Origin: Patescibacteria group bacterium
Lineage (GTDB): Bacteria; Patescibacteriota; UBA1384; JBBRAU01
Reading direction: 5' to 3'
Assembly: GCA_038206475.1 (NCBI GenBank)
Contig: JBBRAU010000001.1
Location: 71,235 to 135,234, forward strand
Length of the DNA: 64,000 nt
Shown here piece by piece: positions 27,482-37,833 of this stretch. The number at the start of each line of letters is the position of its first letter. The first letter of the stretch is position 1. The notes under the pieces were generated by a model. It made no database searches. It was given only the letters and a program-made list of their open reading frames with translations, and was not told the DNA's origin. Made by a program: the position numbers and the translations under genes.

Positions 27482-29653
27482 CTAAGTAGTTGGCCAATCG
27501 GCTACCATAATCAGTTCGGACAGTTGCGGATCCAGCTGGCGCAGATGTTGCCAGAGCGCCTCAGTAACGTACGGCACATACGGGTGCAACAACTTCAGTA
27601 GTTGAGCTAGGCTGTAGCCAAGTGCCTGCTGCGCGGCGGTGTCGCTTCCTTGCAGCGCCGGCTTGAGTTCTTCGAGGAAGCGGTCGCAGAAAGTGTGCCA
27701 GAAATAGTCGTACAAAAATTCACCGGCCTGGCCGATTTTCCACTGATCAAGCAGGCGGTTGGCCTCAGTGGTTGCCTCGGTTACGCTAGTCAGCAGTTGG
27801 TCGGCTACGGCCGACTGTCCGGCTTCCGACGGTTCAGAAAACGACGGGCCAGCGTACGCTTCCAGGCTCGTCAGTACAAAGCGACCGGCGTTCCAGATTT
27901 TGTTCGAGAAGTTGCGAAAACCGCGGATTTTTTCTTCATACATGGCCATGGATTGCCCTGGGCTGTTCCCGACCACAAGCGCCATGCGCAGAGCGTCAGT
28001 GCCGTACTTGGCTGTGATAGTCAGCGGGTCAATGACGTTGAACTTGGATTTGGACATTTTTTTACCTTGGCGGTCGGTAATCATGCCATGCAGGTAGACG
28101 GCTTTGAACGGCACCTCGCCGCGCAGGTAAATACCTAAGTAGATCATGCGGGCCACCCACCAGGTCAAAATATCATGTCCGGTTTCCATAACCGCATGCG
28201 GATAGAAGGTTTCTAGGAACTCGGGTCCAAACTCCTCAAGGACGGCGTAGGGCAGCTGCGACGAGGAGAACCAGGTGTCAAATACGTCTGGGTCAGGCGT
28301 TAGCTCGTGGCTGCCGCACTGGTTGCACCGGGGCGGTGTATCGCCGGCGGTCACTGTCCAGTCATGGCACTGGGCGCACTGCCAAGCGGGGATGGGAATG
28401 CCCCACCAAACCTGGCGCGACAGATTCCAGTCGCGCAGGCCGTCCATCCAGTTGAGAAAGACGGTTTGAAAACGTTCGGGAACTACGGTGATCTTGCCGC
28501 TGGCCACGGCCTCTTTGCCAAGCTCGGCCAAATTCTTGGCCGGGTCGGCGTCACGCACTTTTAAGTACCACTGTGGTATTGGCAGCGGTTCTATGACTGT
28601 GCCGCATTTGTAGCAGGTAGCGACGCTCGAGGTATGCGTGGAGCTGCCAACCAAGAAGCCTTGAGCGGTTAAATCGGCCAATATTTGTTCACGAGCCGGT
28701 TTCACTTTTAGGCCGCGGTAAGCCTCCGGTGCGTTGTCGTTGAGCTTACCGCGCAGGTCAATAACTTGAATGCTCGGCAGATCGTGGCGGCTGGCTACCT
28801 CAAAGTCATGCAGGTCGTGCGCTGGTGTAATTTTTACCGCGCCAGTGCCAAATTTTGGGTCAACCATCTGGTCGGCAATAATCGGGATAGTGCGCTCGGT
28901 CAGCGGCAATTTGACCATTTTGTCGACTATACTGCTGTAGCGGGTATCATCGGGATGAACAGCCACGGCGGTGTCGCCGAACAGGGTTTCCGGTCGTGTT
29001 GTGGCAACGATGATTTCGCCGCTGCCATCTGTCAGCGGGTAGCGGAGTTTCCACAGGAGCCCCTCCGTTTCGGTGTGCTCGACCTCTAAGTCGGAGAAAG
29101 CGGTTTGGTGTTTAGTGCAGTAGTTAACCAGGCGCTCACCACGGTAAATCAGGCCGTCGTCATGCAACCGCTTAAAGCTCGCTTTGACCGCATCAACAAT
29201 TTTCGGGTCCAGCGTGAAGTACAAATGCGACCAATCCAGCGAAAAGCCCATCGATTTAAGCTGGGCGATAATGGTTGATTGGTTGTCTTTGGTGTAGGCC
29301 ATTACGGCGTCATAAAAACCTTGGCGGTCAAAATCGAAGCGGCTTTTACCTTCTTTTTCCAGCTTTTTTTCAAAAACGACTTGGGTTTCAAAACCGGCGT
29401 GATCGGTGCCCGGAATCCAGAAAGCTCGTTTGCCTTGCATGCGCGCCCGCCGAATGAGGATGTCTTGGATGGTGTACATGGCGTTGCCGATATGAATGGC
29501 CTCACTGGCGTTTGGTGGCGGCAGCAGAATGGCAAACGGTTCGCCGTCACCCTGGGGCTGGAAGCCGCCCGAATGCTCCCACTTGGCATAGAGGGGGGCT
29601 TCTTCGGATTCGTGATCCCAGTTTTTAGGGAGAAGTGATTCGAATGGCATCAA
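27482..29653 (-). CDS. valS: Valine--tRNA ligase (short form, 723 aa)
   Basis: Class I HIGH motif PPPNASEAIHIGNAM and KMSKS (GKKMSKSKFNVIDP). The PPPN..H.G. spacing is the ValRS type. Confidence 0.8.
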   Translation of the reverse strand: MMPFESLLPKNWDHESEEAPLYAKWEHSGGFQPQGDGEPFAILLPPPNASEAIHIGNAMYTIQDILIRRARMQGKRAFWIPGTDHAGFETQVVFEKKLEKEGKSRFDFDRQGFYDAVMAYTKDNQSTIIAQLKSMGFSLDWSHLYFTLDPKIVDAVKASFKRLHDDGLIYRGERLVNYCTKHQTAFSDLEVEHTETEGLLWKLRYPLTDGSGEIIVATTRPETLFGDTAVAVHPDDTRYSSIVDKMVKLPLTERTIPIIADQMVDPKFGTGAVKITPAHDLHDFEVASRHDLPSIQVIDLRGKLNDNAPEAYRGLKVKPAREQILADLTAQGFLVGSSTHTSSVATCYKCGTVIEPLPIPQWYLKVRDADPAKNLAELGKEAVASGKITVVPERFQTVFLNWMDGLRDWNLSRQVWWGIPIPAWQCAQCHDWTVTAGDTPPRCNQCGSHELTPDPDVFDTWFSSSQLPYAVLEEFGPEFLETFYPHAVMETGHDILTWWVARMIYLGIYLRGEVPFKAVYLHGMITDRQGKKMSKSKFNVIDPLTITAKYGTDALRMALVVGNSPGQSMAMYEEKIRGFRNFSNKIWNAGRFVLTSLEAYAGPSFSEPSEAGQSAVADQLLTSVTEATTEANRLLDQWKIGQAGEFLYDYFWHTFCDRFLEELKPALQGSDTAAQQALGYSLAQLLKLLHPYVPYVTEALWQHLRQLDPQLSELIMVADWPTT

Positions 29654-30744
29654 ATTCTTTCTTCAATGCTTGTAGATTCAGGTAAAGGTAAACGAGCAGT
29701 GGGGACGGCGAAGCGGGATGCGCTGCCACTGGCCAGCTGAAATAGAGCAGCGACGCCAATCATGGCGGCATTGTCAGTATAAAGCCCTGAGGAGGGGAAA
29801 TACACCGGCAGACCTAATTTTTGGCCCAACGCTGAGGCCTCAGCCTTGAGCAGCTGATTATTCGCGACGCCGCCGACAATAGCCAGGCCGCTGGGACTGG
29901 TTGCTTCAGCTGCTCGGCGCAGTTGAGAAATGAGGCTGCCCGTAACTGCCTGTTGAAAACTGGCGGCCAGATCGGCTCGGTCTTGCTCTGATAGGTCTGG
30001 CAACGCCGCAACTTGCCGGCGCAGCGCTGTTTTTAGGCCCGAGAATGAGAAATCCAGTGACGCTTGGTGCTGCATTGGTGTAGGTAGCGGAAAACGGCTT
30101 GGGTTGCCGTGTTCGGCCAATTTGCTCAGGCTTGGGCCGCCCGGGTAGGCCAAGCCCAAAAACTGCGCCGCCTTATCAAAAGCTTCGCCGGCGGCGTCAT
30201 CACGCGTGCGGCCCAGTAGTTGATACTGGCCTGGGCGTTCGATCAGGTATAGCGAGCTGTGGCCGCCGCTGGCAGTTAAAGCCAATATTGGCCAGCTGGC
30301 TTCCGGCGCATCAGGCAAGAAAGACAGCAAATGGCCTTCATAGTGGTTAATCGGCAAAAGTGGCAGATCGTTGGCAAAGGCGATGGCGTTAGCAAATTCC
30401 GTACCGACGAGTAGTGAGCCAATTAAGCCTGGTCCTTCGGTGACGGCAATGGCATCAATCTTATCCAAATGCTCCTGGCTGGAATTTTGCTGCCAGCCAT
30501 CGAGCGAGCCGTGTTGCCAGACGTAGAGGGTCTGATCAACCACTGGCAGCATGGCTTGCAGTTGCGCCCTGGCGGCAACCTCCGGCACGACGCCGCCGGT
30601 TAGCTGGTGTAGCGGGATCTGTGAAGAAATGATGTTAGATGCAATCTGAATATCTCGAACGCCTCCACTTAAAATGTCGCCGCCGACAATCGCCGCGGCA
30701 GTTTCATCGCAACTTGTCTCGATTGACAGAATATGTTTTTGCAC
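29650..30744 (-). CDS. tsaD: tRNA N6-adenosine threonylcarbamoyltransferase TsaD
   Basis: N-terminal ILSIETSCDETAAAIV motif of the Kae1/TsaD family; 364 aa. Confidence 0.9.
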   Translation of the reverse strand: MQKHILSIETSCDETAAAIVGGDILSGGVRDIQIASNIISSQIPLHQLTGGVVPEVAARAQLQAMLPVVDQTLYVWQHGSLDGWQQNSSQEHLDKIDAIAVTEGPGLIGSLLVGTEFANAIAFANDLPLLPINHYEGHLLSFLPDAPEASWPILALTASGGHSSLYLIERPGQYQLLGRTRDDAAGEAFDKAAQFLGLAYPGGPSLSKLAEHGNPSRFPLPTPMQHQASLDFSFSGLKTALRRQVAALPDLSEQDRADLAASFQQAVTGSLISQLRRAAEATSPSGLAIVGGVANNQLLKAEASALGQKLGLPVYFPSSGLYTDNAAMIGVAALFQLASGSASRFAVPTARLPLPESTSIEERI

Positions 30745-30796
30745 ACATCTGTTGTAGCACAGGCGTGGCAGGTGCGGCCAGGGCTTGTGCGTCCAC

Positions 30797-30851
30797 CGAC
30801 AATTTTGCCACGACGCTTCGCGTCGGCAAATATGCTACTCCGCTTCGCGTC
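30797..30851. promoter_or_regulatory. Tandem direct repeat (two ~24-nt copies of CGCTTCGCGTCGGCAAATATGCTA), each containing the palindrome GACGCttcGCGTC, upstream of the femX-mur operon
   Basis: Copies are 31 bp apart in the tsaD/femX divergent intergenic region. TTGCCA lies 17 nt before AAATAT, a -35/-10-like pair. Confidence 0.45.
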
Positions 30852-30874
30852 GGCAAATATGCTAGGCTTGGGTC

Positions 30875-31813
30875 ATGCAGTCATTTATGCAAACTGAAGC
30901 GTGGGCTGATTTTAAGGTCCGCTTTGGCTGGACCAAGCACCGTGTCGCTGATGTTTGGGTGCTTGAGAGGCCAATTCTGTTCGGCAAGAGCTTGCTCTAT
31001 GCGCCCGAGGTGTGGCTGCCAGAGCAGTTTGACGCAGCCAAAACCATTATCGAGCAGCTGTCGCAGTTTACGGGGGAGCGGCCAGAGGCCATGGCGTTGC
31101 GGCTGGAGGTGCTAAACCGGCATGACCACAGCCCGCTGGGTCTAGCTGAATTCGGTTTTGTGCCGAGTTTTGAGGAGGTGCAACCGCGCTGGCGTCAAGT
31201 AATACCAATCGAGGATGACGCTGAGGGACTACTTAAGCAAATGACCGAGAAGGGCCGCTACAACGTCAAGTTGGCTGCTAGGCGCGGCGTTGAGGTGAAG
31301 GTGCGCGATGAGCAGATGTTTTTAGAAGAAGACACGCACCTGTTTTATAAACTCTACTTAGCGACTGCAACGCGGCAACACTTTTCGCCACGGCCGGAAG
31401 GCTACATTCGCGAGCTGCTGAAGCTGCTGTACCAGCAGAAGTGGGGCGCCCTTATTGTGGCTGAGCGTGACGGTCAGCCACTGTGCGCCCATATCGTTTC
31501 TTGGTACGACGGCCTGGCCTCATACTTATACGGCGCCTCAATTCCTGACGACCAAGGTTCGATGGCGCCCTATCTGGTGCACTTTCAAAGCATGCTTGAA
31601 GCCAAAGAACACGGTTGTCGTGAGTATGACCTATTGGCAATTGGCCCGCCGGATGGTTTATCGCCGCTGTCGAAGAAATACGCCGGCCTGACGCAGTTCA
31701 AACAACGCTTCGGCGGCCGAGCGGTGGCTATCGTTGGTGCCTACGACTTTATTATGCAGCCGTTTTGGTACAAGCTGTATCGTACACTTGAGAAATCGCG
31801 CCGGCGGCTGTGA
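30875..31813 (+). CDS. FemAB/FemX-family peptidoglycan bridge aminoacyltransferase
   Basis: N-terminus MQSFMQTEAWADFKVRFGW and overall GNAT-duplication architecture typical of lipid II aminoacyl-tRNA-dependent transferases; 312 aa. Confidence 0.7.
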   Translation: MQSFMQTEAWADFKVRFGWTKHRVADVWVLERPILFGKSLLYAPEVWLPEQFDAAKTIIEQLSQFTGERPEAMALRLEVLNRHDHSPLGLAEFGFVPSFEEVQPRWRQVIPIEDDAEGLLKQMTEKGRYNVKLAARRGVEVKVRDEQMFLEEDTHLFYKLYLATATRQHFSPRPEGYIRELLKLLYQQKWGALIVAERDGQPLCAHIVSWYDGLASYLYGASIPDDQGSMAPYLVHFQSMLEAKEHGCREYDLLAIGPPDGLSPLSKKYAGLTQFKQRFGGRAVAIVGAYDFIMQPFWYKLYRTLEKSRRRL

Positions 31814-33087
31814 TGGCGCGCCTCAGGTCTCTCATTCCATCGCCGCTACTGCACGTCTATCATGCGCTGCAAGGTTGGTTTTGGGCGGCCGCTTACGGCT
31901 TTCCGGCCCGCGGCGTAACGGTGATTGGCGTCACCGGTACTAACGGTAAAACAACCACCTGCCATTTCATCACGGCCATCTTAAAAGCGGCTGGACATAC
32001 CGTTGGTATGCAAACAACAATTGACGTTGAAATTGCCGGCATGGTAACAAAAAACAACTCAAAAATGACCACCCCGGGCCGCCGACGGTTTAATGCGCTA
32101 CTCCGGCAGATGCGCCAGGCCGGCTGTACCCACTTAGTACTCGAAACCTCAAGCCACGCCATTGACCAGTCGCGGATTGTTGGCATCCCGTACACGGCGG
32201 CGGTGTTAACTAATATTACGCGTGACCACCTGGATTACCATAAAACGATGGATGCATATGCGGCCACCAAACTACGCCTGTGGTCTGAGCAGCAGCTTGA
32301 ATTGTCGGTTATTAATCGGGCGGACCCGCGTTGGGCCACCTTCTATGAGCAGCCAGCCAAGCGTCGTTTGCTCTACGGGTTGGCCGAGGTTAGCTCCGAG
32401 CAAGGTATTGCGGCCGAGGTAATTAAGCTTGGAAAGCCAACCACGTTTTCGGCGGTGTGCGGCGACCAGAAACTGCCAATCACACTCAATCTGCCCGGCC
32501 GATTCAATATTGAAAACGCCATGGCGGCGATTGCCGTGGGTGTTGGCCTCGACGTGCCCTCGTCTGCCATTGCATCTGGTATCGCCTCGGTCACAGCGGT
32601 AGCCGGCCGCATGGAGTTGGTTGAGGCCGGCCAGCCGTTCACGATTATCTTGGACTATGCACATACGCCTGACGCGCTGGAAAAGCTGTACCAAACGGTT
32701 AAACCAGAAACAGACGGCCGACTAATCGCTGTGCTTGGCGCCACCGGCAACCGCGACCGCGGCAAGCGGCCAACGCTCGGCGCGCTGGCCGACCAGTACG
32801 CCGATATTGTCGTTTTAACTGACGAAGACCCATACGACGAAGATCCGGCGGCGATTATTACCGCTGTGCAGGCCGGAGTCAAGCATAAAACAGTGGGTCA
32901 GACCCTGTACACAGCACCCAACCGCGCTGACGGCATTCGGCAGGCGCTGGATTTGGCTCAGCCAGGCGACAGTGTGATTATCTCTGGCAAGGGCGCGGAA
33001 GAGGTGATGGCCGTCGCTGGCGGCAAGCTTGTCCCCTGGTCTGACCGCAAAGTGGTTGAGCGAGCGTTGGCCAAAATAAGCGCTTGA
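31810..33087 (+). CDS. Mur ligase family protein (MurE-like motifs, lacks the usual N-terminal domain)
   Basis: P-loop GVTGTNGKTTT close to the N-terminus and DYAHTPDALEKL in the C-terminal half. ATGA-coupled to femX. 425 aa. Confidence 0.65.
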   Translation: MMARLRSLIPSPLLHVYHALQGWFWAAAYGFPARGVTVIGVTGTNGKTTTCHFITAILKAAGHTVGMQTTIDVEIAGMVTKNNSKMTTPGRRRFNALLRQMRQAGCTHLVLETSSHAIDQSRIVGIPYTAAVLTNITRDHLDYHKTMDAYAATKLRLWSEQQLELSVINRADPRWATFYEQPAKRRLLYGLAEVSSEQGIAAEVIKLGKPTTFSAVCGDQKLPITLNLPGRFNIENAMAAIAVGVGLDVPSSAIASGIASVTAVAGRMELVEAGQPFTIILDYAHTPDALEKLYQTVKPETDGRLIAVLGATGNRDRGKRPTLGALADQYADIVVLTDEDPYDEDPAAIITAVQAGVKHKTVGQTLYTAPNRADGIRQALDLAQPGDSVIISGKGAEEVMAVAGGKLVPWSDRKVVERALAKISA

Positions 33088-33189
33088 CGCTTTGAACTGT
33101 GCGCGCTTCGCGCTACACTCAAAGCAGCAAAAACAACAAAAGCAGGATTCTCACAACCTCGGGTGGTGAGAAGGAGGAAGGGCAAAAGC

Positions 33190-35307
33190 ATGCCGCGCCG
33201 CAAAAAAATCCGCCTACGTTGGTGGCAATCGCAACGCGAAGATGGCTCCGTCGCCACTGACTTTGGTATCGCTCCAGAGACAGCCCGCGAAATGGTCGCC
33301 GCGCTGCTGCTGCTGCTTGGCGTTTTGCTCGTCCTGTCACTCCTGGGCATCGGCGGCAAAGCCGGCACAGCGCTGTCGAGTCTGCTGCACAAAAGCTTCG
33401 GCTTAACGGCCTATTTAGTGCCGGTCGTGGCCTTGTCTCTCGGCTCAGCCTTCTGGACCGAAAAGAAAGAGCAAGCCAAGCCATCGAATGTGCTCGGCCT
33501 CCTTTTGGGGTTAGTGTTCTTGTCGGCTTTCTTTCACGTCTTTATTGCCCCGGACAACATGGCCGAGATAGCGCGGAGTGGTCAAGCCGGCGGCAGCCTT
33601 GGCGCCCTGTTGGCGCGCCCGGCTCGTGAGACATTTGGCGTCATTGGTGCATTCTTCTTATTTATTATACTCGACGTTGTAGCCTGGGCGATTGGCCTAA
33701 ACACCTCAATCAAAACCTTCTTCCAGCCGTTTTTGCCGGAGGGTGACGGAGCGGTCAAGGTTAACCAAGGCAACGCCGTCTCAGTTTTTCAACTGGCCAA
33801 GCGTGGTATCGGCGGTTTGCGCATGCGGGCTGAGCGCTCGCAGGCACCGGTGGTTGAGGTTGATATGGCGCCGCCAATGCGCTCGGTCAAGGGCGCTAAC
33901 TGGGAGTTTCCGCCGGTTGAGCTGCTAGAAGACGGTAATGACCAAGTCAGCTCCGGCAATATCACCAAAAATGCCGAAATCATCCAAAAGACGCTCAAGG
34001 AGTTTGGTGTTGATGTGACGATGGGCGAGGTGAACGTTGGCCCGACCGTCGCTCAGTACACCTTGAAGCCGACTGAGGGTGTTAAGTTGAACCAAATTGT
34101 CGCCCGCCAGAATGACCTGGCGCTGTCGCTGGCGGCTAAGTCGCTGCGTATTGAAGCGCCCATCCCCGGCAAAGCCGCCGTTGGCGTTGAGGTACCAAAC
34201 AAGGTGGCCGCCAAGGTGACACTGAAGGAGATTCTGCAGTCCAAAGACTTCCGCGCCTTAAAGTCGCCGCTCGGCATGGCGATCGGTCGCGATGTGGCCG
34301 GCGCCCCGGTGGCGCTAGACTTGGAGAAAATGCCGCACGTCTTGATTGCCGGCGCCACGGGCTCCGGCAAGAGCGTCTGTATTAATTCGCTCATTTTAAC
34401 CTTTTTGTTCGGCAATACGCCGGCTGATTTGCGCCTGCTGTTGGTTGACCCAAAGCGGGTAGAGCTGACCAACTACAACGGTATTCCGCACCTGTTGACC
34501 CCGGTCATTACGGAGGCCGACAAAACTGTTTCGGCTCTGAAATGGCTGGTGGCCGAGATGGACCGGCGTTATCGCACCTTCTCCGAGCACGGTCGGCGCA
34601 ACATTGTGGCCTACAACGAAAGTCCGCCAGACAGCGCCGCACCGATGCCGCGTATTGTCTGTGTCATTGATGAGTTAGCCGACCTGATGGCTGTTTCCTC
34701 CAAAGAAGTTGAGGCCTCAATCGTGCGGTTGGCCCAAATGGCCCGTGCGACTGGCATTCACTTGATTGTTGCAACCCAGCGGCCGTCGGTTGATGTCATC
34801 ACCGGCTTGATTAAGGCCAATGTGCCGATGCGCTTCGCCTTTGCCGTCGCCTCACAGGTAGACTCACGAACGATTTTGGACCAGTCGGGTGCCGACAAGC
34901 TGCTTGGAAACGGCGATATGCTCATTTTAGGCAACGACGTTACTAAGCCGCGTCGTGTCCAAGGCGCCTACACTTCTGATAAAGAGATTAATAAGGTGAT
35001 CGAGTTTTTGAAAGAACGCTCGGTGGCCCAGTACGACCAGTCAATTACTGAGTTCAAGCCGTCTGGTGGCATGGCTGGCGCTCTCGGCGGCGAGCATTCC
35101 GGCGAAGATGAAATGTACGACCAGGCGATGGAGGTAGTCGTGCAGGCCGGCAAAGCCTCAGCCTCGCTGTTGCAGCGCCGCCTAAAGGTTGGTTACGCCC
35201 GAGCTGCACGGTTGCTCGACCTGCTGGAAGAGGACGGCGTGATCGGCCCCGGCGACGGTGCTAAGCCGCGCGACATCTTAGTCTCCCGCGACCACACCGA
35301 CTACTAG
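33190..35307 (+). CDS. ftsK: DNA translocase FtsK/SpoIIIE
   Basis: N-terminal TM helices, motor domain Walker A GATGSGKSV, Walker B and C-terminal gamma domain. The start was placed at ATG 33190 (GAAGGAGG upstream); the ORF-track start at 33163 is GTG. Confidence 0.9.
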   Translation: MPRRKKIRLRWWQSQREDGSVATDFGIAPETAREMVAALLLLLGVLLVLSLLGIGGKAGTALSSLLHKSFGLTAYLVPVVALSLGSAFWTEKKEQAKPSNVLGLLLGLVFLSAFFHVFIAPDNMAEIARSGQAGGSLGALLARPARETFGVIGAFFLFIILDVVAWAIGLNTSIKTFFQPFLPEGDGAVKVNQGNAVSVFQLAKRGIGGLRMRAERSQAPVVEVDMAPPMRSVKGANWEFPPVELLEDGNDQVSSGNITKNAEIIQKTLKEFGVDVTMGEVNVGPTVAQYTLKPTEGVKLNQIVARQNDLALSLAAKSLRIEAPIPGKAAVGVEVPNKVAAKVTLKEILQSKDFRALKSPLGMAIGRDVAGAPVALDLEKMPHVLIAGATGSGKSVCINSLILTFLFGNTPADLRLLLVDPKRVELTNYNGIPHLLTPVITEADKTVSALKWLVAEMDRRYRTFSEHGRRNIVAYNESPPDSAAPMPRIVCVIDELADLMAVSSKEVEASIVRLAQMARATGIHLIVATQRPSVDVITGLIKANVPMRFAFAVASQVDSRTILDQSGADKLLGNGDMLILGNDVTKPRRVQGAYTSDKEINKVIEFLKERSVAQYDQSITEFKPSGGMAGALGGEHSGEDEMYDQAMEVVVQAGKASASLLQRRLKVGYARAARLLDLLEEDGVIGPGDGAKPRDILVSRDHTDY

Positions 35308-35430
35308 GCATCGGCCTTTAGTCGGTTTTTATTCGTCTTGCGCGGTACATGCGACCGTCGTAGACTACATGATAAGGCAGGACGCGAGTCTTTCAGGGCG
35401 CTTTTTCTCTCGACACTACAATAGCGAGGA

Positions 35431-36141
35431 GTGGCAATAGCAGCAGCCGGTTTTAGACTACGCAACATTAAAACCAGTCTCACTTTAGGTGAGAAGCTGG
35501 CTGCTGCTCGTACCAAGCAGCAGCTTTCGATTGACCAGGTGGAAGAGGCGACGAAGATCCGGGCCAAATACCTGCGGGCGATTGAAGGCGGTCGCTACCA
35601 CGAACTGCCAACCGGCGCCTACCCGCGCGGTTTCGTCTTCACCTATGGCAGTCACCTCGGCCTAGCGGAGAGCGATCTCTGCGTTGATTGGCAGCGCGAA
35701 GCCAAACTTGCGCCCTGCGAAATGCATATTGTGGCCGAGCCGTCTCTGCAGCTCCGCCGCTTTTTTGTGACGCCTCGGTTGCTGGCTACCTCCGGCGCCG
35801 CCCTAAGCGTACTAACGGTGCTCTGCTATGTGCTCATTCAAATTGCCCACTTAACCGGTGGCCCCGACCTGGCGATTGCGGCCCCGGCCAATCGTTCCGT
35901 CGTGACGGTTGACCATGTGGTAGTCAGTGGCCAAACAATTCGCGAGTCGCACGTTGAAATTAACGGCCAGGTGGTGCAAACCGACCAGGACGGCAGTTTT
36001 AGCCAAGGTTTGCAGCTTGACCCAGGCCTGAACACCATTGACGTCATGGCGCGCGGTCAAAATGGCCGCGAAACCAAAAATACGCTCCTGGTTGAGCGCC
36101 AAGCCTCGCTGGGTGTAAACACCGCCTCACTCATCCCGTAA
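35431..36141 (+). CDS. RodZ-like HTH (XRE) membrane protein
   Basis: N-terminal HTH (LGEKLAAARTKQQLSIDQVEEATKIRAKYLRAIE), a central TM and a C-terminal DUF4115-like domain. Confidence 0.5.
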   Translation: MAIAAAGFRLRNIKTSLTLGEKLAAARTKQQLSIDQVEEATKIRAKYLRAIEGGRYHELPTGAYPRGFVFTYGSHLGLAESDLCVDWQREAKLAPCEMHIVAEPSLQLRRFFVTPRLLATSGAALSVLTVLCYVLIQIAHLTGGPDLAIAAPANRSVVTVDHVVVSGQTIRESHVEINGQVVQTDQDGSFSQGLQLDPGLNTIDVMARGQNGRETKNTLLVERQASLGVNTASLIP

Positions 36142-36223
36142 TCGCGGCTTGTGATCTTGTTGGCTGCCACAGCCATTTTTTGTGGCTACGGGTAGGCTGT
36201 TGCCAGCGGCAAATTTGTGTACA

Positions 36224-37342
36224 ATGATGGGGAGAACAAAAGCCGAAACAGCAAAGAAAAGCGAGGTAGCTGTGGTTACACAAGAAGAAGGCAAGCGCGA
36301 GGCACTGGATGTGGCCCTGGCCCACATTGAAAAGCAATTCGGCAAGGGCTCTATTATGCGTCTAACCGAGAATAATGCTCTCCAAATTGCCACAACACCG
36401 ACCGGCTCGCTTGGCTTGGATATTGCTCTTGGCGCCGGTGGCCTTCCCTATGGCCGCGTAATCGAGATTTACGGTCCAGAATCATCTGGTAAAACTACCC
36501 TTGCGCTGTCGGCCATTGCTGAGGCGCAAAAGCATGGCGGCACCTGTGCCTTAATTGACGCTGAGCACGCTTTTGACCCAGACTTTGGCCAAAAAATAGG
36601 CGTTAATTTGGATGAGCTTTTGGTTTCGCAGCCAGATACCGGCGAGCAGGCTTTGGAAATTACCGAAACGCTGGTACGTTCTAACGCCGTCGACATTATT
36701 GTCATCGACTCGGTGGCTGCCTTGGTGCCGCGGGCTGAAATTGAAGGCGAAATGGGTGACGCCATGGTCGGCGTGCAAGCGCGGTTAATGTCGCAAGCGC
36801 TGCGCAAGTTGACCGGCGCTATTTCTAAAGCTAAAACGGTGGTCATTTTTATCAATCAAATCCGGATGAAAATCGGCGTTATGTTTGGCAACCCAGAGAC
36901 GACTTCGGGCGGCAATGCGCTGAAGTTTTATGCCTCGGTGCGTTTGGATATTCGGCGCAAAGAGGCTCTTAAGCAGGGCGACCAAACTATTGGCAACCAC
37001 GTGGCAGTGAAGGTGGTTAAGAATAAGGTGGCGCCGCCGTTTCGGGTGGCTGAGTTTGATATTTTGTGGGGTGAGGGTATCTCACACGAAGGCGAGCTCT
37101 TGGATCTCGGCGCTGAATACGGCGTGGTTAAAAAAAGCGGCAGTTGGTACGAATATGACGAGCAAAAGCTTGGCCAAGGCAAAGAGGGCGCCCGTGGTTA
37201 TCTGAAGGAACATCCACAAATTGCCGAAGCGATTGAAAAGGCTATCCGTATTGCTGCCGGTATTGTCATTGATAAAGAGGCACTTGAAGCCGCCCCTGTT
37301 GCCGCCAAATCCGCGGACGATAGCACTCCGGCTGCTGTCTAG
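36224..37342 (+). CDS. recA: Recombinase RecA
   Basis: Walker [10 protein letters not shown] and the canonical RecA core ([15 protein letters not shown]..). The ORF-track start at 36182 is GTG. ATG 36224 gives a normal N-terminus. Confidence 0.95.
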   Translation: MMGRTKAETAKKSEVAVVTQEEGKREALDVALAHIEKQFGKGSIMRLTENNALQIATTPTGSLGLDIALGAGGLPYGRVIEIYGPESSGKTTLALSAIAEAQKHGGTCALIDAEHAFDPDFGQKIGVNLDELLVSQPDTGEQALEITETLVRSNAVDIIVIDSVAALVPRAEIEGEMGDAMVGVQARLMSQALRKLTGAISKAKTVVIFINQIRMKIGVMFGNPETTSGGNALKFYASVRLDIRRKEALKQGDQTIGNHVAVKVVKNKVAPPFRVAEFDILWGEGISHEGELLDLGAEYGVVKKSGSWYEYDEQKLGQGKEGARGYLKEHPQIAEAIEKAIRIAAGIVIDKEALEAAPVAAKSADDSTPAAV

Positions 37343-37742
37343 GCGCGCCTACTCGGCCGCTGAGCTGACCGAACGTCTGGCTCGTCGGGAGGTGCCGCCA
37401 GAGCAGATTGCAACAACACTGGCTTGGTTACAAGATAAGCAGCTGTTGTCTGATGAGCAGGTCGCGGCGAGTGTGGTGCGGCTATCGGTGCGTCACGGCC
37501 GCTTTTGGTTGCAGGGCAAACTGCATCAACGAGGCATCGCTAAAGAGACGGCCGAGCAGGCGCTGGCGGCACGTTCAGCAGCCGACGACCAAGAACTGGC
37601 TCTGGCTGAAGCTAGGCGGCAAAGTACAGCGCTTGCTGGACTGCCGCGAGAGCTGCAGCGCCGCCGATTGACCGGCCGGTTGCTTCGGCGTGGTTTTGCC
37701 GCTACAGTAGTACGTGACGTCTGTCGGCAGGTACTTTCCTAG
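37221..37742 (+). CDS. recX: Regulatory protein RecX
   Basis: [33 protein letters not shown] pattern of RecX three-helix repeats. The true start is uncertain because the ATG at 37221 overlaps recA by ~120 nt. Confidence 0.65.
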   Translation: MPKRLKRLSVLLPVLSLIKRHLKPPLLPPNPRTIALRLLSRRAYSAAELTERLARREVPPEQIATTLAWLQDKQLLSDEQVAASVVRLSVRHGRFWLQGKLHQRGIAKETAEQALAARSAADDQELALAEARRQSTALAGLPRELQRRRLTGRLLRRGFAATVVRDVCRQVLS

Positions 37743-37833
37743 CACTGCATGTGACAGTGGTTGCCGGTGGCAACTTTTTTATTCGTCTCAAAATCAATAT
37801 GATGAATGCTGGTGTTAAGACCAGGAGGAAACT

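Noticed and set aside
27650-29638. Multiple plus-strand ORFs of 60-160 aa inside valS, and similar antisense ORFs inside dnaG, the VirB6-like gene, the LRR gene and ftsK
   Set aside because: They are antisense to long, well-supported genes in GC-rich DNA and have no independent support.
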